A stretch of DNA of 38,018 nt, from NCBI GenBank assembly GCA_029941645.1, contig JAPYSZ010000003.1, positions 1 through 38,018 on the forward strand. The letters run 5' to 3'. Numbering within the stretch: the first letter of the stretch is position 1; each line of letters opens with the position of its first letter. Below, one piece after another: positions 26,006 to 34,097 of this stretch. Made by a program: the position numbers and the translations under genes. The notes below the pieces were generated by a model that ran no database searches, was not told the origin of the DNA, and saw nothing but the letters and a program-made list of their open reading frames with translations. The stretch is from Candidatus Poseidoniia archaeon. GTDB taxonomy: Archaea > Thermoplasmatota > Poseidoniia > MGIII > CG-Epi1.

Positions 26006-28186
26006 ATGTCAAATAATGATAATCAAAATTCTGAATCTGACTTGTTGAGGTTTATTTCATTAAGTTTGGCAGCTTCACTTATTCTGTTTTATTTTTCTAC
26101 AGATGGTTTGGCAGATGATTTCGTTAGTGTAGCTTGGATGATTCCTGTTTTTCCTATTGTTTCATTCGTGGCAATTTTGTTATTTGGGCACATGGATTCA
26201 AGAAAAGGTGGTTCTTTTGCTCTAGCAGGTATTGGTTTATCTGCAGTATTTTCTTTAGCCATTGCCTACGATGTTCTGATACAAAATTCATTACATGGAG
26301 AGTATGTAGAATCAACTAGAACTTGGTTTAGTGGTGCGACTTATTCTTTTGATTTTGGTACGTATGTTGATGCCTTAGCTGCGTTGTTGTTGTTAGTAGT
26401 CGGTTTGGTTTCCTATCTTGTCATTGTTTTTTCAACAAGTTATATGGAGGAAGAAGGCGATCGCCAAGTAAGATACTTTGCAGAAATTTCTCTTTTCGTT
26501 GGAGTTATGCTCGGTTTGGTCGTAGCAAATTCATTCTTATTAATGTTTATTTTCTGGGAGTTAGTTGGTGTTTGTTCTTATCTTCTAATTGGTTTCTGGT
26601 ATGAGAAGCCATCCGCAGCTTCGGCAGCTAAAAAGGCGTTTTTGGTTACACGAGTAGGTGATGTGTTTTTGCTGATGGGGTTAGTTATACTATACAGTAC
26701 ATTCGGTACACTTAGATATTCAGAATTGTTCGATAACCCTGAAGATTTAGCAGCTAATGCTACAGAATTGAAATGGGCTACACTTTGTATATTCGGTGGT
26801 GCTGTTGGCAAATCGGCTCAATTTCCGTTACATGTATGGCTTCCAGACGCCATGGAAGGCCCTACTACAGTATCAGCACTGATACATGCTGCAACGATGG
26901 TCAAGGCTGGTGTTTTTTTGGTTGCTCGAGCTTATCCTTTGATTGTTCATAGTCCTGATACAGCAATTTACATTGCAGTAACGGGGGGTGTTACAGCATT
27001 CATCGCAGCTAGCATGGCTATGGTGATGTATGATATCAAAAGGGTTCTCGCTTATTCGACAATTTCTCAATTGGGGTATATGTTCCTTGCATTAGGTACA
27101 GGCGCTTGGGCTGTCTGGCATGCTGCAGAAAATGGAATAGAAGATCATGCTCAAGGGTATACTGCAGGTTTATTCCATTTGATGAATCATGCATTTTTCA
27201 AGGCTTTACTTTTCCTTGGTTCTGGTGCTGTTATACATTCAGTACACACTCAGGATATGCGAGAGATGGGTGGTTTACGCAAAGGTATGCCCATTACATC
27301 TGCGGCTATGGGTTTGGGTGTTCTTTCCATTGCTGGAGTTCCATTTTTCTCAGGTTTTTGGTCTAAGGATGAGATTCTTGAAGCAGTTCATCATAATTCC
27401 GAGGCAGAAGGTATTTTCGGTATATTGTGGTGGCTTGCACTGTTGACTGCAGCCATGACGGCTTTCTATATGACTCGATTATGGATGATGACTTTCAGTG
27501 GTCCGGAAAATCGTGTTGTTGAAGAAATGGTAGAGTCTAAAGACCATGCTGAAACGGGTAATTGGGAACTCAAGTCAAAGACGATTAAGTCCCATGCGCA
27601 CGAGGCACCTCTTGCTATGACTGCACCTCTTATGATTTTAGCTTCTCTTGCCGTCTTTTCTGGATTTTCGTTATTCCTTGGTGAGGGTTTTGGATCTAGA
27701 GTGTATTATGGCCATCATGCAGATTCTGAGTCTATGATTCAATGGTCTATCTTAGATCATATTCTAACATCATCTTTGACTTATCTTTCAGTTATTGTTG
27801 GTTTGAGTGGTGTTACTTTGGGTTATTTGTTCTATAAACGTGATTCTGAAGGTCAAACTACTTTCTCACCAGCGTTTGTAGAATCTTTTGCTGTAACCAG
27901 TTACTTGCATGTTTTTCTTTCGAATAGACTTTACATGTCAAAATTTTTTGATTGGTTTGGTATGAGAACCTGGGATACTGTTGCTAGGGCATGTGATTGG
28001 TTTGATATTTACATCATTGACGGTATAGTGAATGGTGTGGCTTCAGCTTCACAGTTTTTCAGTAGTCAAGTGAGAAAACTTAACTCAGGTTTTACAGGTC
28101 ATTATGCTTCACTTACAGTTGGTGGTTTGGGAGCTCTTGTAGTTATTACTAGAATAATAATGCCCTTTATGGGATGGTCACTATGA
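26006..28186 (+). CDS. nuoL: Complex I subunit L (antiporter-like, long C-terminal lateral helix region) with an extra N-terminal hydrophobic segment
   Basis: 726 aa. WELVGVCSYLLIGFWY, GKSAQFPLHVWLPDAMEGPT.VSALIHAATMV, AYSTISQLGYMF and HAFFKALLFL. GAGGTGG Shine-Dalgarno. Confidence 0.93.
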   Translation: MSNNDNQNSESDLLRFISLSLAASLILFYFSTDGLADDFVSVAWMIPVFPIVSFVAILLFGHMDSRKGGSFALAGIGLSAVFSLAIAYDVLIQNSLHGEYVESTRTWFSGATYSFDFGTYVDALAALLLLVVGLVSYLVIVFSTSYMEEEGDRQVRYFAEISLFVGVMLGLVVANSFLLMFIFWELVGVCSYLLIGFWYEKPSAASAAKKAFLVTRVGDVFLLMGLVILYSTFGTLRYSELFDNPEDLAANATELKWATLCIFGGAVGKSAQFPLHVWLPDAMEGPTTVSALIHAATMVKAGVFLVARAYPLIVHSPDTAIYIAVTGGVTAFIAASMAMVMYDIKRVLAYSTISQLGYMFLALGTGAWAVWHAAENGIEDHAQGYTAGLFHLMNHAFFKALLFLGSGAVIHSVHTQDMREMGGLRKGMPITSAAMGLGVLSIAGVPFFSGFWSKDEILEAVHHNSEAEGIFGILWWLALLTAAMTAFYMTRLWMMTFSGPENRVVEEMVESKDHAETGNWELKSKTIKSHAHEAPLAMTAPLMILASLAVFSGFSLFLGEGFGSRVYYGHHADSESMIQWSILDHILTSSLTYLSVIVGLSGVTLGYLFYKRDSEGQTTFSPAFVESFAVTSYLHVFLSNRLYMSKFFDWFGMRTWDTVARACDWFDIYIIDGIVNGVASASQFFSSQVRKLNSGFTGHYASLTVGGLGALVVITRIIMPFMGWSL

Positions 28187-30036
28187 GATACTTTTTTGCC
28201 TTGTTATTAGTTATACTTTTACTTCCTGTAGCCTCAGGCGAGGATCATACTGTGATGGTTGGAACTGAATCTGATACTTATGTTTTCAGTCCTGCCGTTC
28301 TTAAAATTTCACCAGGTGATAATGTGACATTTCTCTGGACGCCAGGTATGCCTCATAATGTAGCCGAAGTCGAGAATTCTGAATCTTTAACTTACAACGA
28401 CGGATTCCGTTCTGGTGAACCTCAAGACGGAGGTGAATGGGCACTTCCATCTAATTTGACTGCAGAAGATGGAACACTCTATTACGTATGTGAACCGCAT
28501 GCAGGAATGAAGATGCGAGGAGAAATCATCATTCAGAGTGCTCCTGAAATCGCTATGGAATTTGGGGACTTTCCTTGGCTTTCTTATCTATTGGTTTTCC
28601 CTCTAATAGGTGCCTTATGGACCTTTGGTTTTAGAGAAAATACTAATGCGCCAAGAATCATAGCATTATTTACAACTTTATTCACATTGATTATTTCAAT
28701 TATTGTATTTGTAAAAACAGGAAATAAGTCTGGATATAGTTTGATGGAGCAATATGATTGGGCCCCTAATTTTGGTATTTCATTACTTCTTGGAGTTGAT
28801 GGTCTTAGTTCGCCAATGGTTTTGTTAACAGGTATAATAGGACCTTTAACGGTTATATTTGCTTGGCATGAGAAAGAGAAACCAGCTTTGTTCTTCGTAC
28901 TTCTCTTAGTTATGCAAACAGCTCTTTTTGGTGTGTTTATTACTCTAGATTATTTTGTTTTCTATATATTTTGGGAGATTGTTTTGATACCAATGTTTTT
29001 CCTTATAGCCATTTGGGGTGGGGATAATCGACGCTATGCCTCAATTAAATTTTTCATTTACACTTTTACAGCATCACTAGTAATGTTAATTGGATTTATG
29101 GCACTTTATTTCGAAACAGGTGGTGAAACTTTTTCTATGATAGAAATAGCTAAGCAAAATGGCAATTTTTCTGAAGATTTTCAAAAGTGGGTTTTTGCAG
29201 CTTTATTTATTGGATTTGCAGTTAAGATTCCTTCAGTACCTTGGCACACTTGGTTGCCAGACGCTCATGTTGAGGCACCTACAGCAGGATCTATCCTTCT
29301 AGCAGGAGTCATGCTGAAAATGGGACTTTATGGTCTTATTCGTGCTGCTTTACCAGTTGTACCGCTTGGGGCTGAATATTTTGTTCCAGTTATGGTTGTT
29401 TTAGCTATAGTTTCCATACTTTACGGAGCGGCATTAAGTCTGGGTCAGACAGATTTAAAGAAATTAGTTGCATATTCTAGTGTTTCTCATATGGGTGTGG
29501 CGTTATTGGGTGTAGCTACAATGACCGAATTGGGTCTAGCAGGTGCAGTTTTCATGATGTTTGCCCACGGTATTCTAAGCCCAGCCATGTTTATGGTTGC
29601 AGGAGTTCTTTTGCATCAAGTAGGAACAAGAGACATTCCAAAACTAGGGGGTCTTGCTAAACATCAACCTAATACTGCTGGAATCTTTGTTGTTATATTC
29701 TTGGGAAGTCTTGGTCTTCCAGGTATGGCTGTTTTCGTTGCAGAATTAGCTGTTTTTATTGCTTTCTTCCAGTCTCATGGTTATTGGTTGCTTCTTCCTA
29801 TATTTGGTATGGTGCTTACTGCAGGTTATCATTTATGGGCATTACAGAGGGCCGTATTCGGAGTGGATAGTGAACAAATAGATATGTCTGATGTTCATGA
29901 GGCACCATGGTATGAAATGTACCCTATGTTTTCTATTATCCTATTAGCAGTTTTCTTTGGTATATTTCCGCATTATCTTATGGATCCTATATCTGTAGCA
30001 TGTTATGACATCTTGAATTTTATGGGGGCTATCTAA
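28183..30036 (+). CDS. nuoM: Complex I subunit M with an N-terminal signal peptide + cupredoxin (type-1 copper) domain fusion
   Basis: N-terminus MRYFFALLLVILLLPVASG, then ...PGDNVTFLWTPGMPHNV...YYVCEPHAGMKM (His, Cys-x2-His-x2-Met). The NuoM core follows: FWEIVLIPMF, KIPSVPWHTWLPDAHVEAPT.GSILLAGV.LK and AYSSVSHMG. ATG 28183 (ATGA overlap with nuoL) is preferred over 28174. Confidence 0.9.
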   Translation: MRYFFALLLVILLLPVASGEDHTVMVGTESDTYVFSPAVLKISPGDNVTFLWTPGMPHNVAEVENSESLTYNDGFRSGEPQDGGEWALPSNLTAEDGTLYYVCEPHAGMKMRGEIIIQSAPEIAMEFGDFPWLSYLLVFPLIGALWTFGFRENTNAPRIIALFTTLFTLIISIIVFVKTGNKSGYSLMEQYDWAPNFGISLLLGVDGLSSPMVLLTGIIGPLTVIFAWHEKEKPALFFVLLLVMQTALFGVFITLDYFVFYIFWEIVLIPMFFLIAIWGGDNRRYASIKFFIYTFTASLVMLIGFMALYFETGGETFSMIEIAKQNGNFSEDFQKWVFAALFIGFAVKIPSVPWHTWLPDAHVEAPTAGSILLAGVMLKMGLYGLIRAALPVVPLGAEYFVPVMVVLAIVSILYGAALSLGQTDLKKLVAYSSVSHMGVALLGVATMTELGLAGAVFMMFAHGILSPAMFMVAGVLLHQVGTRDIPKLGGLAKHQPNTAGIFVVIFLGSLGLPGMAVFVAELAVFIAFFQSHGYWLLLPIFGMVLTAGYHLWALQRAVFGVDSEQIDMSDVHEAPWYEMYPMFSIILLAVFFGIFPHYLMDPISVACYDILNFMGAI

Positions 30037-31526
30037 TGGACGATTCTATCTTCTTTTTGCCTGAAATATTGATGGTAGTGAGTATAATAGGTATTCCAGC
30101 CCTTTATATTTTGACAGAGAATAATAAGTCATATTCCATATGTTCTAATATTTCTTTAGGTTTTGCATTCATGTTTTTAGTTCTTTCATGGTATTACCCT
30201 GATTTCTTATCGTTAGATAAAAGTGGTTTGGTATCCTATGATCATTTTAGAGTAGATGATTTTTCTCAATTATTCAAGATTATCTTTGTTTTAACAGCTT
30301 TAGTAGTTTCTATTGTAAGTACTTCTTACTTTGATGATGAAGAGCCTCATCAAGCTGAGTATTACACACTCCTTCTTTCCAGTACTTTGGGAATGCTGGT
30401 TGTTGCCTCAGCTACTGATTTCTTAACTCTGTTTTTGGGAATAGAAATATCTGCGTTTAGCAGTTATGCAATGGTTGCTTTTAGAAAACAGGATGATAAA
30501 TCAACGGAAGCTGGAGCAAAATATCTTTTGATTGGTGCATTTTCTTCAGGTTTAACTCTTTATGGCATTTCATTATTGTATGCTATTACTGGTTCTTTGA
30601 CATTTGATGGTGTTAGTTCATTTATGCACGGAATTAGCAATGGAGTTGTTGTTGGAGATTTTACTGAAGTAATATTTATTTCTTGTTTGTTCATAATGGC
30701 AGGTTTAGGTTTTAAGATAGCAGTAGTTCCATTCCATGCTTGGGCTCCTGATGTTTATCAGGGAGCACCTACGCCAGTTACTACTCTTCTTGCTGCTGCC
30801 AGTAAGGCGATGGGTTTCATTGCAGTTTTTAGAGTATTTGCGTTTACTTTAGAATCAGTTTCAGAGGAATGGAAATTAGTTTTGGGAATTATTGCTTTAG
30901 CTTCTATGACTGTAGGTAATTTGGCAGCTATCTCACAGAAGGATATTGGGAGAATGTTGGCATATTCTTCAATTGCTCAAGCTGGTTATATTATGATTGC
31001 AATTCCAGCTCTTACTGAAGAAGCAATGTCCGGTGCTATTGCTCATACATTAGTACATGCATTTATGAAAGGTGGAGCCTTTGTCATAGTTGGATGTATA
31101 GGGGCGGTAGGTTTGGGTTATAATTTGGAATCATATAAGGGATTGGCAAAGAGATCCCCGTTGTTAGCACTTTCAATGACAGTTTGTTTACTATCTTTGG
31201 TTGGTATACCTCCTTTTGCAGGTTTTATTAGTAAATTTTTCTTATTCTATGGAACTTTACAGGCAGGGCTTGCTGGAGAATCTTGGATTATTGCTTTGGT
31301 AATTGGAGGAATTCTAAATTCAGCATTGTCTCTCTATTATTATTTGAAAGTTATAAGATATATGTATCTCTATGATCCCGAAGATTCGGGCGAGGTTGAG
31401 TTCCCTAATTCAGTTAGGTACATCTCCTTTGGAGTAATTCTGTTATTAGCAGTATTCTTCCCATTATATTGGGAATCTCTTTTTGAACTTTGTAAGGAAG
31501 CTTCAATAGCTTTGATTAATGGATGA
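30036..31526 (+). CDS. nuoN: Complex I subunit N
   Basis: 496 aa. GIEISAFSSYAMVAF, FKIAVVPFHAWAPDVYQGAPTPVT and AYSSIAQAGY. TAATG overlap with nuoM. Confidence 0.92.
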   Translation: MDDSIFFLPEILMVVSIIGIPALYILTENNKSYSICSNISLGFAFMFLVLSWYYPDFLSLDKSGLVSYDHFRVDDFSQLFKIIFVLTALVVSIVSTSYFDDEEPHQAEYYTLLLSSTLGMLVVASATDFLTLFLGIEISAFSSYAMVAFRKQDDKSTEAGAKYLLIGAFSSGLTLYGISLLYAITGSLTFDGVSSFMHGISNGVVVGDFTEVIFISCLFIMAGLGFKIAVVPFHAWAPDVYQGAPTPVTTLLAAASKAMGFIAVFRVFAFTLESVSEEWKLVLGIIALASMTVGNLAAISQKDIGRMLAYSSIAQAGYIMIAIPALTEEAMSGAIAHTLVHAFMKGGAFVIVGCIGAVGLGYNLESYKGLAKRSPLLALSMTVCLLSLVGIPPFAGFISKFFLFYGTLQAGLAGESWIIALVIGGILNSALSLYYYLKVIRYMYLYDPEDSGEVEFPNSVRYISFGVILLLAVFFPLYWESLFELCKEASIALING

Positions 31527-31783
31527 TTGATAAGGAAAGTAAGGAATATATTCAATTCGAAAACTTGTGGTCAGGAACTACACCCAAGGGGACAAATAAA
31601 AGTAAAAGAGATACATTTCGGTCACGGATGAAAAATTCTTGTCAACAACAAGGCATAGGATTCAGTAAAATAAATTCATTTAGGATATTTTCAGGTGAAA
31701 TAAAGGCTTTAGATTCTGATACTCATAAGGTTGGAGATGTTAAAGTAACTAAACCACCTAGAAGACATCTGCGTGGAATTTAG
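31523..31783 (+). CDS. Hypothetical basic 86-aa protein trailing the nuo operon
   Basis: ATGA overlap with the nuoN stop. It fills an otherwise 231-nt gap in a gap-free genome, and the plus strand is purine-rich like other soluble-protein genes here. No motif recognised. Its last 26 nt overlap the convergent polyprenyl synthase. Confidence 0.35.
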   Translation: MIDKESKEYIQFENLWSGTTPKGTNKSKRDTFRSRMKNSCQQQGIGFSKINSFRIFSGEIKALDSDTHKVGDVKVTKPPRRHLRGI

Positions 31784-32756
31784 TTTTATCACTTGCAATT
31801 AATTCATTCGAAAATGACATAGGAACTTGCTCTAACAATAGTTTATGTGATGAATCTGGAACTTCTTCTAGATATTTTCTAGACATTTCTTGCCAAGGAG
31901 AGATAAGTTCTTCAAAGATATTTTGAGCGTCGGTAATTTTCACATGTTCAATTATTTTATCTGCCTTTCCTGTTTTTACAAAAATATCAATGGCTCCTTT
32001 GTATTCAGGATGTCTACTTAGTCTGGTTACAGGCAAAGTAGGAATTCCAAGCGCCAAGTCACCTATGGCTGTTTTAGTTATAATGGAATTTAGTAAATCT
32101 AGATAATCGTCAGTTATTTGATACATAATACCTACTGTTTCTCCAAATTTGTGCATTTGGGATGCTAAATCGATACGTGGTGAGACTAATGCACCTAATT
32201 CGGCAGCTGTACTATACAATGCACCTGTTTTTCTTTTAATTCTATCAAGATATACCGATTCACTGTAATTCTCTTTATCTGTAAAATCGGCAATAGCACC
32301 TTCAGTTAGATTTCTAGCGCATACAGCCAGTGATTTTCCAGTGGCCAATGATATAGCACCGTGAAGTGAACCTGTTGCAACCATCAGATCCGCAACTAAA
32401 ATTGCAGTTCTTGGCCCTAATTCGTCCCATAAGGCCGGTGCTTCTCTTCTAAATCTATCTCCATCCAACCAATCATCGTGTATCAAAGTTCCACAATGAA
32501 TTAATTCAAGCGCCATGCCACATTCAAAAGCAGAATGTGCGTCTCCACCTAACGAATCAGAAACTAGTCTACAAAGTATAGGTCTAAGTTGTTTTCCTTC
32601 GCCTATTCCTTTTGAAATTAGAGGTGCAATAGATTTTGATTCTTTACTTATTTCTCTTTCAAGATGCCTTTGAAATTCTGTTTTTACATCTCTATAATAG
32701 TCATTCAAGTTAACTGAGAATGCTGTGTGTTTTTTAACTTCATTCTTTTCTTTCAT
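31758..32756 (-). CDS. trans-Polyprenyl diphosphate synthase (probable quinone side-chain synthase)
   Basis: 332 aa. First Asp-rich motif LIHDDWLDGDRFRR, second ITDDYLD, and KTGALY between them. Small residues (Gly, Thr) at -5/-4 before the first motif suggest a medium or long chain product (inference). Confidence 0.85.
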   Translation of the reverse strand: MKEKNEVKKHTAFSVNLNDYYRDVKTEFQRHLEREISKESKSIAPLISKGIGEGKQLRPILCRLVSDSLGGDAHSAFECGMALELIHCGTLIHDDWLDGDRFRREAPALWDELGPRTAILVADLMVATGSLHGAISLATGKSLAVCARNLTEGAIADFTDKENYSESVYLDRIKRKTGALYSTAAELGALVSPRIDLASQMHKFGETVGIMYQITDDYLDLLNSIITKTAIGDLALGIPTLPVTRLSRHPEYKGAIDIFVKTGKADKIIEHVKITDAQNIFEELISPWQEMSRKYLEEVPDSSHKLLLEQVPMSFSNELIASDKTKFHADVF

Positions 32757-32758
32757 AT

Positions 32759-34036
32759 TTAGATGTATTCAAGCCCGATAATTAGTAAAATTCCAGTTAT
32801 TGCATGTATTCCTATAGTTCCCCAGTTTGCACCTGCTAATTCACGTGTATTATAATTGCGGATTACTTGGTATGAATAGTAGAGTGCTATCGGCAATCCT
32901 AACAGAGAAAGAAGAGCCCCTTGTTCAACAATGTCATATGTGTATAAGGCATATATGGATCCAAAGGCTGCTAACATTAAGATTAGGTAACCCCAACTAG
33001 CTTTTTCAAGTCCTAATACTACTACTAGATGATGTTTTCCTGCAATTTCGTCAGATTTACTATCAGGGAACTGATTAATCCAGAGGATTGCAGTTGTTAG
33101 AAGCCCTAGTGGTATTCCAAATAGAAATGCGTCCCATGAGTGTATTCCAGACATTGCAAAGATAGCCCCCATAGTCATCAAAGGCCCATAATTCAAACCA
33201 ATTAGTAGTTCTCCTATACCTTTGCGAGCTACTAATCTTAGAGGATATCCTGTGTAGAAATAACCTGAAAATGCTCCTGCAAGTCCATAATATAACAATT
33301 CAACTTTATCATCTAGCATAATTATTAATCCCGCTAAACCAGCTAATGCTAGGAAAGTTGTTGCTAATTTGAATAACTGTTTTTCAGTGATTAGCCCTAA
33401 TTCAATAGCTCTACTTCCTCCAGATAGTTGTAGAAAATAGTCATTGTTAATTTGATCGGTTCCACTGGTCCAATCAAAATAATCATTGTACGTATTTGCA
33501 GCTAAATGTAGGAACGAACCTCCTAAGAAAACTAGGGTAAAAGTCATCCAATTCATGGTGATAAGCTCTTCGTGTATACCCCACACAACACTAGCTATGA
33601 TAGGAATCCAGGTAGCACTGAGAAAGGGCAGTCTTGTTATTGCTACGATTGAGATTATTTTCGTTAATAGTGAAGTTTTTGGCATGGTTTCTTCGGGTGA
33701 GGTATCTACTAGTTCTTTTGTTCGGCCACAATATCCAATATGTTTTCCATCTTTCATTGTAGCAGTACATGTAAATTCGGCAGCAAATTGTGTTCCATCT
33801 TTTCGTATGAATGTGCTTTTTGTGGTATATCCGTTCTTGTTTTGTCTTGCTTTTTTTAACCAATTTGCAACATGTCCTAAAACAACCATACCCGGAGAAA
33901 ATAATGATACTCTTTTCTTTCCAATGACTTCATCTGCAGTGTATCCGAATATTTTTTCTGCATGTTCATTAAAGCTCTCAATCCTACCTTCAGTATCACA
34001 TGTAATTATGCTAACTATTTTGTCAGATTCTGCCAT
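32759..34036 (-). CDS. menA: PAS domain fused to a UbiA-family prenyltransferase of MenA type (1,4-dihydroxy-2-naphthoate polyprenyltransferase-like)
   Basis: 425 aa. Residues 1-108 have PAS fold signatures (ITCDTEGRIESFNEHAEKIFGYTADEVIGK...IRKDGTQFAAEF...DGKHIGYCG). The TM body carries ANTYNDYFDWTSGTD and NQFPDSKSDEIAGKHHLVVVLG, close to E. coli MenA NDYGD..KG.D and RDINSDRENGKNTLVVRLG. Confidence 0.85.
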   Translation of the reverse strand: MAESDKIVSIITCDTEGRIESFNEHAEKIFGYTADEVIGKKRVSLFSPGMVVLGHVANWLKKARQNKNGYTTKSTFIRKDGTQFAAEFTCTATMKDGKHIGYCGRTKELVDTSPEETMPKTSLLTKIISIVAITRLPFLSATWIPIIASVVWGIHEELITMNWMTFTLVFLGGSFLHLAANTYNDYFDWTSGTDQINNDYFLQLSGGSRAIELGLITEKQLFKLATTFLALAGLAGLIIMLDDKVELLYYGLAGAFSGYFYTGYPLRLVARKGIGELLIGLNYGPLMTMGAIFAMSGIHSWDAFLFGIPLGLLTTAILWINQFPDSKSDEIAGKHHLVVVLGLEKASWGYLILMLAAFGSIYALYTYDIVEQGALLSLLGLPIALYYSYQVIRNYNTRELAGANWGTIGIHAITGILLIIGLEYI

Positions 34037-34097
34037 ATTTGTCCTGTATTATAATCTCATATGTTGTTCTATATAAAATATAACTTTAGTGCATAGT

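Noticed and set aside
33713-34036. PAS domain of the MenA fusion as a LOV (flavin, blue-light) domain.
   Set aside because: The position equivalent to the LOV GRNCRFLQ motif reads GKKRVSLF. The adduct-forming cysteine is absent, so no cofactor can be assigned from sequence.
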